Assembly: GCA_013239625.1 (NCBI GenBank) | Contig: MU054323.1 | Span: 4,442,214-4,506,213 of the forward strand | Direction: 5' to 3' | Length of the DNA stretch: 64,000 nt | From: Lama guanicoe | Taxonomy: Eukaryota | In this document: positions 52,230 through 64,000 of the stretch, one piece after another | How the letters are laid out: every line of letters starts with the position of its first letter | Numbering within the stretch: the first letter of the stretch is position 1 | Position numbers and translations under genes: made by a program | Notes under the pieces: generated by a model | What the model saw: the letters and a program-made list of their open reading frames with translations, nothing else | The model's database searches: none | What the model was told of the DNA's origin: nothing

Positions 52230-52830
52230 CTGTGGGTTTCACGTACGAGGACCCGGAGGAGCGGCGCAGACATAAGGATCGGATCCGGGCGCGCCGGGCG
52301 GGGCCAGCGCCGCAGACCGCCGTCCCGCGTGCGCTCCCGCTGCCGCTGCCGCGCCAAGCCCTCCGCCGTCTCGGGTTGTTACGCCCACGCTGCAGCGTGG
52401 AAAACTGTTCTCAGCAGAGGACTCGGCGTCCTCGACGTGCTGCCGACCCAACAGCCTGTGGACTGTGAACAGGGGCTGCTTTCTGTTAGTTCCTGACCAG
52501 GATGTATTTTTTTCTTTCCTTGAGAACAGGAGGTCTGAGCATGGATGTTATAACCACAGAGACATTTACTGGGGCCACGTTCACTCGTTTTAGGAATCCC
52601 TGTAAGACAGAGGGGCCACTGCGGGAACAAGGGAGCTACCTCCCCCGACGCCCAGTGGACAGCGGCAGGCCAGCCACAGGCACGCTTGGTCGCGGCCCAG
52701 AGCAAGGCACGGCCTCCGGGTCACAGGGCCCTTCATCAGGGGGTGCAGGCAGCTCCTAGGAGCCCTTCCTTCCACTCTGGCAAAACTCTGCCCTCAGCCT
52801 CGTTGTCCTTTCTGGGGACAAGTTCGGGCG
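52230..52830. promoter_or_regulatory. CpG island / candidate promoter
   Basis: About 33 CpGs by hand count in 52241-52450; GC box GGGCGGGGCC 52296-52305; NRF1-like CGCGTGCGC 52326-52334; CpG enrichment persists to about 52830. Confidence 0.75.
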
Positions 52831-55460
52831 TTCACAGGCCAGTGAAATCCTTTAAACTCACAAGCCAGCAGCACAGGAAGAATTACAAAACCTTTGACTA
52901 AAGTATTTACATACATATTCCTGAAGCTCAGAGACGTTCAGCTCAAACCAGGTCTGGAACCTCAGTGTCCAGAAACTATGACATTGGGGTTGGAGTTTTC
53001 AAAAGGGCAGAAAAAGCAAGTCCACAATTCTGATTTTTCACGTATAAAACAAACACCTTGTTAAAACTTCTTATAGTGTTTACCATAACTTCCTGGGCCA
53101 AATAACTACTACTGTTCCACATTGCCCCTGCCCTTCATCCTGGGTAGATCAGGAACTTTAAATCGACACGGTCTCCTTCCGCTGTGGTGTACAATCACTG
53201 CATCACTGCTGCTGAACGCTTAGGACTGTTTGTAATTTTTGCAGCATCCTCAGTTTTCCAGACGAATAATAAATATAATTCTCCAACTATTTCAGCAAAA
53301 CCCATGTATTATTTTTATTCTTATTTTTTTCCTTGGGAAACAAGAAATCTATTTGCTTTTGCACGGTACATGGCAGTCAGAAGTACCTCATTCATTCACT
53401 TTTTATTCATTTGATGCATGAAAAAAAGGCATTAAATGTATTTCAGCGTGTCACCTCAAATTCCGTGCAGCCAGCAGTGATGAATATGCTCAGGTCCTCA
53501 GCTGCAGTACTGTTTCATTTCTTGGTGACAATATCATTTGACAAGCTGATTCTGCATTGGCAATATTGTATCATATTTTTGTCTGCATGTAAATTATGTT
53601 GACAGCCTCATAAACATAAATTGGCAGGCATACTGTCCCAAAGCAATGTTTGTTAAAATACACTAATGGCATAGAATAAATAAATTTTTCCAAAGCATTA
53701 ATAACGCAGCGATGTGTCACTCCATTGTGCAAGAAGGTCTACGGAATATGTTACTGTCTGTGCTAAATTGATACAGTATATATTTCTTAACATGTATTTC
53801 ATCCCACCTCATGCCTATGTTTATTGATCCAGTCATCCCATTTCCTGGAACTCTGTGGACCAGCAGTCTCACACTTGTGATACTTTGGAAAAGTCAGCAT
53901 CATCTGAGACAGATATCTGTAACGGAACGCGTGGATGGTGCCATTCAAGCCCCACACTGTTACTTAACCAAGCTCTGCTTTGCTCCTGACTGGGCTTCCC
54001 CGTCCCTACCTGCCACCCTAAGACGATGCTCTTAACTAGCTCTTCCCTTGCGGAGCTGGCAGATGCTGGAGTGGTAGATGCAAAGCAGGTCTGTAGAACA
54101 CCAAGAAGACTTGGCACAGGTTTTGTTTATCTACTTTTGATCCCAGGATTCAGAAACTTCCCCTCCAGGTGTTTGTGGACAGACAACACGGAGCATGGGA
54201 AACAGTATGGACTATTCCATACTGTTAGTTCTTTTACTTGTCAAGGACGGGCATTGAGACGTTGGATGTAAAGCAATTGGTGTGATTCTGGCTCCTAACA
54301 GGCACTCACAAAGTGGTGTCTAACCAGTTAGAATGGAGAGAATGGAGGGAGGGAGGGAGATCCAACAAGAGAAAGACAAAAACAGAAACAGGGAAAGAAT
54401 ATGAATTTAACTATGTTCTTTGGTGAAACAGAGGATGGAAATTTCATACGCTGCGTGTCCACAAACAGACGTACTTGAAGCGGGGGAAATGCACACAATT
54501 TGGGAATTCTACAAGTAGATTCAAATCATTGGATTCCACATGTACCCTGAATTGTGTGCTTCCCTGAATGGCGGCACATACACCTGACTTTGCAGTTTCA
54601 TCTTTCCTATCAATAGATGCTCTGCATCTTCTGGTTCTTGGAGAGAAAAGATGAACTGAGGAGCAGAATCTGGGGTTCTGTTGCTGAAGAAGAGCTGTAA
54701 TTCCACTGAGAAGAACATTTAGGGAAAGCAGTAGGCCTGGGTTCTGCAGGCCGTAACGTGTGATGAGTTGGGCCAGAATCCTTGCACGGCTGCTGCCTCA
54801 AATGCCGGCTGCTGCAGTTGCATCCAGTCTCCAAGCCTTTACCCTGAGACTTCATGTGACGAATCATGTAAACTATTCAGCTCACCATCCACACGCTTGG
54901 ATTTGGGTGCTAAGCAGAGATAGTTAGGCAGACAGTTCCAATTATCAGATGCATAAATCCAAGCCCAAGAAATATGCAGGTTATATAAAAAGGGAAAGAT
55001 ACATGGGCCCACTCTAAGATAACTGTGTTTGAAGTTCCATACCCATGCTGATTAACCGTAAGGATAAAATCTACCATCTTCCCGTTAAACCTGAGAGATT
55101 TATCGAAAAGCTAGAATGTAAGAATTGCTTATAAAATTTAAGCAAGTGTCCAGGCAACAAATGATGAACGCTTAGACTAAGATGGTGGCTGTAAGTGAGA
55201 AAGGTAACACAGGGACACGGAGTGTTTTATACAAGTAAGGGGTAGGATTTAGTAAACTTAAACAGCAGGTATTATTAAGCACTTAATACTTATAAAGTAT
55301 TATGCCTGGTCTGTGGGTGAACAGAAAAAAGTTTCATAGACCTTCCCTGATCTCTAGGGAAATCTATTTGGAAATATAACACTAATTAATATATAGGCAA
55401 GTTCTTGATATAAATAGAAGAACTAGAGCCCAGCTCAGTAACGCAGGTTAGTTTGGGCTG

Positions 55461-55884
55461 TGTAGTGGATGTAGCATGCCTCCCAGATTCTCCTTCTATA
55501 CAACCAAGCTGCTCATTCCTCGAGAGCACTGTCCTTTGATTGCTCACAGCTGAGTGTTCCCCAGGACCTGCCCTCGTCTGGAGGTAGTTACCTGCCGAAG
55601 GTTACTCATTTTCATCCAATGACTGGTGGATGGGGATGTGCAGAGACCTAACCCCCTTGTCTGAATTGCAGATGTCACTGAAGGGCCGCTCTGGCTACAG
55701 AGCTCTCTGTGGGACTAGCTGTAGCCTGTGTTGCAGCACACCACAGGTCAGCGTTTCCTTGTACCCAATCATGCTTCCCTCTCTTGGTTACATTTGTTGT
55801 TCCTAAGAGCCCCCTGGATAAGCCACCTGCACACAAGTCTCCATCTCAGAGTCTGCTTCCTGGGAACCCTAATCTGCCTACCAC
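55461..55884 (+). mobile_element. LTR16-like solo LTR (ERVL class)
   Basis: TGTAGTGGATG start; CATCCAATGACTGG; end CACCTGCACACAAGTCTCCATCTCAGAGTCTGCTTCCTGGGAACCC. Confidence 0.8.
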
Positions 55885-56559
55885 AGCTTGTGTGTTTTAA
55901 GGTGCAAAGAATGGTGTGGATAATAAATGCTATAGGAATATCGAAGGGAGAGAAATCTGCATGTTGTATAAGTGAGCATCTCTTTGTTTCCCAAACCTTG
56001 CACAGAGCTTGTTGCGTGGCCAGCCCAATCGATCATTGCTAGATGAATGGCTTGTGTGCTCAGGAAAATTGGCTGGATGTTGACAGGCAGGACAGAGAAT
56101 AACTATAAAGTGACTGACTTGGGTGGCAGAAAGAATGTTGTATCATTCTCAAAAATAAAGAATTGAACGAAGGGAGGAAATTTGAACTGATTGTTCTTTT
56201 CTGTGTCCAGTCTCAGGATGTGCAATAAGACTGGAATTCATGGAACTGAATTTAGTGTGAGTTCAGGGCTCATTGTATCTGTGTGATATCTGCCTCTTAT
56301 AGTCAGTAAAGAATTATTTTAAAAAGTCACTTCTGGGTTGCACCTCTTATACTTGGTGGTGTTATAAAACCTTCTTTCCTAGAGTGTGCTAGGGAAAAAG
56401 TTTCAAAGACCATTTATCAAATTTATAAATATAGAAAAATATATAGAGAGATGTAAATATAGATAGATGTGGGTGCAAAGAAATAGACCTTTTCGTGCCA
56501 TACACTGAGTGAGACCATATATTAGTAAAACTTCCTAGAGTACAGTCTTTACTTGAAAT

Positions 56560-57130
56560 GTACTAACCCTTTGACACAATCTACATCTAGGGACTCATTC
56601 TAAGAAAGTAATTAAGCTATATGAAAGAATCTCAAAATTAATTATTACAACAGTATTTATGATAGCAAATGATTGTTAACAATATCAATGCCATACAATG
56701 GAGAATACGTTAAGTTGATTGTATTATTTTTCAAAAAAAGACTATTATTTATCCATTAAATCAATGCTAGATGAGTATTTTTGACTTAGAGAGTCATACA
56801 TACTTAAGGAGGCATAAAGCACTAACCATGGTGTAATACCGTTTTTTTGCTTATGAAATAAATATGTATGTGGCATGTATGTACGTGTATGTGTGTGAAT
56901 ATGTGCATATACACAAATATAAATGTTTGTAAATATATACACACATACATATACATATATTTATGTCTCTCTCTCCATATATATATATATATATATATAT
57001 ACATACACACACATATACATTTGTATATATTTTTAAAGGACTCAGAAGAAATACACCAATGTGCTAATAGTGGTTATTATTTGGTTAAGGGATTGTGAGA
57101 ATCTTTTTAAATTTATACTTTCCCGTATTA
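56560..57130 (+). mobile_element. Old L1M 3' end with an internal (TA/CA)n microsatellite (about 56865-57035)
   Basis: CCTTTGACACAATCTACATCTAGGGAC...TTTATGATAGCAAA...GAAATACACCAATGTGCTAATAGTGGTTAT. Confidence 0.6.
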
Positions 57131-57999
57131 CTATTGCCTTTCTGTCATGCCCTTATATTCTTGATTTCCTCTCCATCCAGATTAGAATTTCTGTTCTTTT
57201 ACTTTAGCCACTCTCTTGACAACATGCAAAACGGACTTGTGATTATCTTTATCATACACACCTGACAGAAATCTCACTGTGGTCGAATCCAACTAACTCT
57301 AGAACTGTGTGGTTCTCTATCCATACCTGAGCTGCTGATAACAGCTTGGCAGATTGCACCTGGGACCACCAGCAGTGGAGGGCTGTCTGCAGTAATACTG
57401 TAGAGCCGTCTTGCTTTGTGTGTCCGTGGAGCCCTCTCTTCCATTTCACACACTGCAGTTTCCAACTTGATCTGTTCTCTCAGCTCTCTAACGACCGTGA
57501 TCTCCATGTTCTGTTGCTAGTCTCAGTCTCCTTAGTCAAACTGGTTCCAGGTTGATAGAGAAAATAGAAACCACTGAATGGGAAACCTATCGTCCCGAAT
57601 AAGCCAAAGCTGTTTGCCTCCCTTTGTCTGTTACCTTCTTTTTCCTCAGTTCCACCCCTTACAGTGGAAGTCCCACTCCTCCAGCTTCTTGGATTCATCC
57701 CTTCGCATGTAATCAAGGGCAATACACAGTGTGCTGCCTCCTTTTACTTTATCTCCGAGATCTTCAATAGCGTTTCTATACCTTTCCCTTTACTTGCCTT
57801 AATTTCATCATTCTGTTCACATTGTATATATGTTAGGAATTATCTTAACTTTATGCAAGATCAAGAAAGCAAGGTCTTCTTGTGGAGAAAGAAGATACAG
57901 AGAGTAATATAGGCAATATCCATGTATACATTGATTAGAATTAACTTATTTTAACATGTTGCCATATTTGCTTCAGATTCTTAAAAATTAAAAATTAAA

Positions 58000-58925
58000 T
58001 ATCTACATATAGAAGAATGAAACTGGACTCCTTTCTTGCACCATACACAAAAATCAACTCAAAATGGATTAAAGATTTAGAAGTGACAACTGAACCACGA
58101 AACTCCTAGAAGAAAACAGGGGAAAATCTACTTGACGTTGTTAATGGCAATGAGTTTTTGTACTGGCATCAGAAGCAAATGCAACAAAAGCAAAAATAAA
58201 CAAGTGGAACTGTATCAAACTAGTAAGTTCCTACAGAGCACAGGAACCAATCAATAAAATGCAAAGGCAATCTGGGAGAAAATATTTGTAGACTACGTAT
58301 TCAACAAGGTGTTAACATCCAAACTATGTAAGAAATTCTTCCAATTAGTAACAAAAACAAATAAATCAATTAAAAAACAGATTGGATACCTAAATAGATA
58401 TTTTTCCAAAGAAAACATGCAGATGGCCAACAGGTATATTCAAAGATGTTCAACATTACTAACCATCAAGAAAATTCAAATCGAAACCACAATGAGATAT
58501 CACATCACATCCATTAGGATGGCTGTTGTCAAAGAGTCAAAAGATAACAAGTGTTAGCAAGAATATAGAGAAAAGAGAACCCTTGTGCCTTGTTCATTGG
58601 AGTATGAATTGATGTAGCCATTATGGAAAACAGTATGAAGGGTCCTCAAAAAACTGAACATAGAATTACCATATTATCAAGTGATTCTACTTGTGAGTAT
58701 CTATCCAATGGAAATAAAATCACTACGTCAAAGAGATACCTGCACTCCCATGTTCATTGCAGCATTGATCACAATAGCCAAGATATGGAAACAACCTTAG
58801 TGTCCATCAACAGATGAATGGATAAAGAAAAGTCTTGCCATTTGCAACAACATGGGTAGGTCTGGAGGACATGATGCTATGTGAAATAAGCCAGACACAG
58901 GAAGACAAATATTGCATGATTATCA
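58000..58925 (+). mobile_element. L1MA-type ORF2 C-terminus and 3' UTR
   Basis: AGAATGAAACTGGACTCC...CCATACACAAAAATCAACTCAAAATGGATTAAAG; ORF 58309-58557 gives FSKENMQMANRY..RCSTLL..IQIETTMRYH, an L1 ORF2 motif. Confidence 0.92.
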
Positions 58926-58964
58926 CATACATATATATATCCCATACATACATATGCACACTAT

Positions 58965-59178
58965 ATATCATGGTAAAATACTTGTACTATAAAAATTTAA
59001 CATCGTAACCATTGTTAAGTGTACAGTTCAGTGGTATTAAGTACATTCATATTGTTTAACCATCACCACCATCCATCTCCAGAACTCCTTTCATCTTACA
59101 AAACTGAAACTCTATATGCATTAAACAGCAACCTCTATAAACGCCTCCCCCCAACCCCTGGCAACAACCGTTCTACTT
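58965..59178 (-). mobile_element. L1MB-type 3' end fragment
   Basis: TAAGTGTACAGTTCAGTGGTATTAAGTACATTCATATTGTTTAACCATCACCACCATCCATCTCCAGAAC. Confidence 0.85.
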
Positions 59179-59619
59179 ATACATATGTATACACACACCC
59201 ACACACGCGCGCGTTGTATATATACACACAGTCCAATTGAAAATAACACCATGAGGACTCAGAAGAAAAAGAGTATCATTGGTATAGATTACTGTAAAAA
59301 CAAGAAAAAAACATTCTGTAAACTATTATTCTTGAAATTAATATATGGGAATATATAGGAAATGTACAAGGATTTTCTGAAACCTAAGCATGACTTTGTA
59401 AGAACCAAACCTGCTAAAGTGAAAAGGAAACAGACTGAGATGGAGGGATCCAGCTGAGACAGCAATGATGATGATGACAACGCCAGCAATGACAGCAACA
59501 GCAAGACTGATACCCAGAACGATGCTCACTGTCTGTTTTGATTATTATCAAGAGTTCAAGATGATCCAACAAATAACACCCTTCCTCTCCACCCAAGTTG
59601 GAAACAATTGTTAAATTAG

Positions 59620-59640
59620 ATAGTAGATGATAGATAGATA

Positions 59641-59673
<33 letters not shown>

Positions 59674-59695
59674 TACACAGATAGACAGACAGCTA
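59620..59695. repeat. (GATA)n(GACA)n microsatellite
   Basis: Direct tetranucleotide runs. Confidence 0.95.
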
Positions 59696-61054
59696 GAAAG
59701 AATGCCAAAATACCACCTTTCTTACAGATAAATCTGATAATGGAGAGTGTCGCTTCCTTTTACAGACAAGGGTATACAAATACTAATAATTCTGAGTCTC
59801 AGAATTAGGCAGACTTCCCTAGCCAACAGCACAGGATCCAGGGAGGCCTGTTACCCCTGAGATCATTGCATGGTAGAGAATAATCAAGAACAGGTGGTCT
59901 TTTCAAGCAGGCGGCTTCCAAAAAGAAGAGCGTTAGCATGGCCGTGCCAAGTGCCTTATTCCTAACCCCTAAGTAAGGTAAGTGCCTCCTCCCGTTAGAG
60001 AGGAGTCACTGAAGTTGCCAGTTACAATTATGGGTGGTCCTCTGCACGGAAGGAAGCCTGTGTCAGAAGGATAGGTTTCTCCACTAACACCCACGAAGTC
60101 TGCAGGCAACCAGGGGTGTAACCATCTCTCTTGTGAGAGGAGGTCAGCTGTTGGGAAAGCCATAGTCATACTGTCATGAAGCCACTCATCCAATATCATG
60201 CACACCTTCTTAGGTATTCTCCTGGGTTTGCTGGTGGAAAATATATAAATTTTTGTCCTTGGAAGGCGCCAAAATGCCTCTGAAGAATACATGAATAAGT
60301 AAATAATAAAATAAGTGCTTATGTAGATATACTCCAAATTTGAATATAATTCTTTTCAATATCAAGTTCTGAACAAGAAATTAAATTTTGAAAATCCTGT
60401 GCCACTCTCTTTCCACTGCCCCTTGGTATATATTTATTTGGTTTGTGAAAACAGGAGTTGTCTCCTGGGGAACTCCCTCATGTGCATTAAACCAGCCCAG
60501 ATCCAATTTATCACCAAGCTATTGGGCATGACTTTTGAACCTTAGGAATAATGACAAAAAGTTTCCCCTAAGGCTCTTTCCTTGGCCCTGGGTGCAGAAT
60601 GGAATTTGGCAGCTGGTTTGGTGCTCTCAACCTAGTTCCGACTGTAACAATGTTCATCCAGAACCTTGCTAGTGTCCAGAAGCACGTGAAAAACTCAGGT
60701 GCCTTGTCGTTTAAAAGCAGCAGTTTTTATTATTTTCATCAACTCTAGCAAATGTGTGAAAATGAGGCTGTAATGCCAGATCCATTGCACTTACGTAGTC
60801 CAGGGTCAAGCGTCTCAAGGCCCATGGGGCTGCAGGAGACCTTCGGTGTCTGCTGAGGGTGGTTCGGTGTGCCTCGTGTGGCCAGTGTCCTGACAGCCTT
60901 CTCAGCACTTGGCTGGCCCTCATGTCCTCCCGGGTGCCTGTGACTTTCCCGAGCCTATGCATCCTGCTCAGGTTTGCTGAGGACAGTCCTGCCGTGCTTA
61001 GTGCCCGGTATATACAGCTTTACTTCTGCAGAAATAGTCATTTGCCTGCAGACA

Positions 61055-61500
61055 AAAAGCTACAGTGACCAACAAGGTTAAAATCCCCCCAAATGTCCAT
61101 CAGTTGATGAATCGATGGACAATATGTGGTATAGCTACACACTTGAATATTATTCAGCCATAAAAAAATGAAATACTGATTTATGCTGTAACATGGATGA
61201 ACCTTAAAAATATTAAAACTAAGTGAAAGAAGCCAGACACAAAAGGCCACTTATTAGATGATTCCATTTATATTAAGTGTCCAGAAGAGCCAACCGCATA
61301 GGGGTAGAAAGTTGATCAGTTGTTGCCAGGGCTCGGGGCAGAGGGGACTGCTAACCGCCATGGGGTCTGTTTTTGGCGTGATGGAGATACTCTCAAATTA
61401 GATGGCAATAATGACTGCACAACTTTGTGACTGTGCTAAAGGTCACTGATTTTTACACTTTGAAAAAATACATTTTATAGTTGTGAATTGCAACAACAAA
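61055..61500 (+). mobile_element. L1MB-type 3' end
   Basis: CCCAAATGTCCATCAGTTGATGAATCGATGGAC...ACATGGATGAACCTTAAAAA...GCCAGACACAAAAGGCCAC. Confidence 0.88.
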
Positions 61501-62489
61501 AAAGAAGAAAAGCTTAAAATCACATCCTACTACTTTTTTTTTCTTAAACCTTCTAAATTGTTTAGCTACATGCAAACCAACTTTACAGAGGCTTTTCCAT
61601 CAAACATCTGGCATTCTCCATGGGTTAAGCTATTCCCCAGCAAGTCAGCAAGGTGTAAAGCATCCATGATTAGCTCCAGCTCAGAGAAATTCTCTAAGTT
61701 AGGTGGGTCCAAGAAACAAGAAAGCAATGAATGCTGTAAGAGATACCGTCTTTAGTCATTGTTATTCAAATGTCAGCAAGAACTGTCAACAACACAATAA
61801 AGATGACAAATATTTGAACATGGAATAGGCAGTAGAGTTATGTTCAAATGAAACAATAGTTTCTTCTAATCTTGGAACTCTCAGTTCACTCTTAGAAACA
61901 TCAAACTCTTGTAGAGTTTAGAAGCATTCATAGTTTCCTCTTAGAAGCATTAAATATATAATTATCATAACAAATGAAAAAATCCCATGTGGCCATTGCC
62001 TAGTATAGGGCCTTCCAGACTGACAGCCAACCCTTTGGCCTTGTCATAAGTCTCAAACTTCAGATGTTATCTTGATCTCCCATAATTCATTCCAAGTTTT
62101 TTTTTTCCCATCAAGATCCCCAGCCTAATGAGCCAGATATTGGGAATTTAAGGCAGCCCAATGAAGAACACTCTTCTTTTCCACCTGAGTTTGAACCAAT
62201 CAATTAAAAGAAAAAAACAGTAAGGAAACTAAAATAACACATTTATTAAAAACTTTAAAGTTTAGCTGGTAGCAAGCAAGAACCCATGCTGCTGTTCTCA
62301 AGTAGGCAGGAGGTTCCAAAAGGAAGAGAGAAAAGGAGGCTGGGACTCTCTCCCATAGCAATCCTTTAGGTAATGTGATGGGAGGAAAGGAGGGTGGGAG
62401 TGCAGGGATGGAAGCATTCCTCTGTTAAGAGCTTCTCTACCTGGAAGGAGACATCAGCAGTGGGGAACGCATGTTCCTTCCCGCAACAT

Positions 62490-62700
62490 TATAATGTGCC
62501 CAACTCCGAGTGCTTTCTGTATTTTGTTACATTTAATCCTCACAATAACTCCATGAGGTCAATATTATTATAAATTTCATTTTACAGATGAGATTAACTG
62601 AAGAGTAAATTCTTTGCAAGACATTACACACACCTGAACTCTTTACCACCAAACTAACAAGACTATCTCCAGAGCAAGTGTTCTTAAGCAGTGTGCAATA
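62490..62700 (-). mobile_element. MIR SINE
   Basis: CATTTAATCCTCACAATAACTCCATGAGG...CATTTTACAGATGAG. Confidence 0.8.
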
Positions 62701-64000
62701 TGGAGATACAATTAAAAAAAAAAAAAGCTAACAGACACTGGGGGCGGGGTGGGGAAGCAGAATTAAAATCCTCATAGGAGATGATAAATTACAGAAGTTC
62801 TTCTGCACAAAATTAAATCAGTGTTGTATAATGAAAATCAGAATGTAAAGTAAAAGGTCACAGGAATGAATATGGAGAGAGCAGAAATAAATGTGTATGA
62901 AAATAGGTCTGAGGGCAGATAGCTGGCTGGTGAATATTAGAGTTTTCTAGAGAGGAAACCAGAAAAAAAAAATGAAACTGAAACAAACAGACAAAAAATA
63001 ATAAGGACGTGGACTAGTGGGAGATAAGTAGTTACAGGAGACAACAGGATAGATTTTAGGGGTCAGTAGGAAGGAGTATGGGCAGGAGTTGGTAATTCAT
63101 TGAAGACGTTGGTGGGAAACACATACGAAGGGAGGGCACAGAGATGCCCTCAGCATTTCTCGCTCAAGGGGACTAGATAGCGAGGGTGGATCATGATGAG
63201 TGGAGAAATGAAATGCCACACACTGAGCCCCTAACCCTCCCTAGAAGGAGACCCAGAGTTATTGTTTTATTCTTGATTTTGATAATTATATAAAGTAGGT
63301 TCAGCTGGGTTTTTTTAATCTGAAAGTCGTCACTCGGGGAATTACAGTAAGATTGTCTGCATCCCAAATTCCCATAAAAGGTTAATTTTTTTTTTTTAAA
63401 TAGCCCAGGTGGCGAAAGGCAGAGGAAGGAGAAGCGTAGCAAAAACAGAACACAACATGCCCACCTGGAAGGCATGAAATGGGACGACAGAAATAAAGGT
63501 AGGCAGAGTTTTAAGTAAACATAAAACTTTAAACGGGTCTAGTAAAGAAAAAAACTCTCAAACTGGGGCAACAGAATACGACTTCCTGAATCGCATGGCA
63601 GCAGCCAGGTCACACCTGAGTTACCTTTTATCGTATTCCAGTGAAGGATTCCCAAGTGTCCACCTCGAGGTAGAAGGTGACAGCAACACAGCTGACTGAT
63701 GAAAAGACAGGCTCGAGTGGACTTTGTCATACTAGGCCCCCCACCAGGAAGTTTAATGAGATGATCTCAGAAAAACAAGCCTGAGCCGAGCACGCGCTTC
63801 TCTCTGGGACAGAAAGTGGTTGTCAGCGTCCCCTCCCACACAGTATGTGCCAAACCGAACTTCTCGGGAACCTCGACTCCCTGTGTCTCTCACATCCTCA
63901 CCTGGGCACGTTTCAGTGTTCTCCGTCTCAGCCAGTGGCACGGTGATCTATCCAGTTTTCATAACCAATTCTTGACACCTTTCCTTTCCTCAAATTCTCT

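Noticed and set aside
51015..52450. Processed pseudogene on the minus strand (GC-rich 5' end plus A-rich tail at about 51017-51035)
   Set aside because: All minus frames have many stops with no recognisable protein, no TSD was found, MIR-like and Charlie-like pieces lie inside, and CpG richness continues past the supposed 5' end. A native CpG island fits better.
52011..52759. Overlapping ORFs across the CpG island (106-161 aa and shorter)
   Set aside because: Arg/Pro/Ala-rich open frames on both strands are expected in GC-rich DNA; no homology recognised.
58309..58817. Protein-like ORFs here and at 42615-42884, 44929-45186 and 61038-61250
   Set aside because: Translations of decayed L1 ORF2/3' UTR sequence, not host genes.
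61585..61720. Possible minus-strand coding exon (ENFSELELIMDALHLADLLG...)
   Set aside because: Weak splice sites, no recognisable homolog and no partner exons.

Overview
Mammalian non-coding DNA (intergenic, or deep inside a large intron). It is most likely from a camelid: the young L1 3' ends are artiodactyl-type, and I saw no ruminant Bov-A/BovB, pig PRE-1 or CHR-2 SINEs in 64 kb. I recognise no host protein-coding exon, RNA gene or CRISPR array; the supplied ORFs are mostly chance ORFs or decayed transposon frames. Much of the window is ancient repeat: MIR, L2, L3/CR1, L1M, MLT1, LTR16, LTR33, MER20 and MER63. It also holds a decayed ERV-L provirus on the minus strand (about 39.4-44.0 kb; MLT2-type LTR, gag, RT) with several nested insertions. 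Non-repeat features are a CpG-island promoter-like element at about 52.2-52.8 kb and several homeodomain/FOX/SOX-motif-rich blocks that look like developmental enhancers. The most unusual things directly visible are: a 118-bp tail-less L1 fragment flanked by a perfect 36-bp duplication, about 150 bp from a near-perfect ~220-bp tandem duplication; a composite ~470-bp segment splitting the ERV-L RT YxDD motif; a 307-codon ORF with a strong Kozak start; and a perfect ZNF143 motif. I found no convincing new multi-gene system. Repeat family names come from remembered consensus sequences and most repeat boundaries are approximate; they need RepeatMasker/Dfam confirmation.
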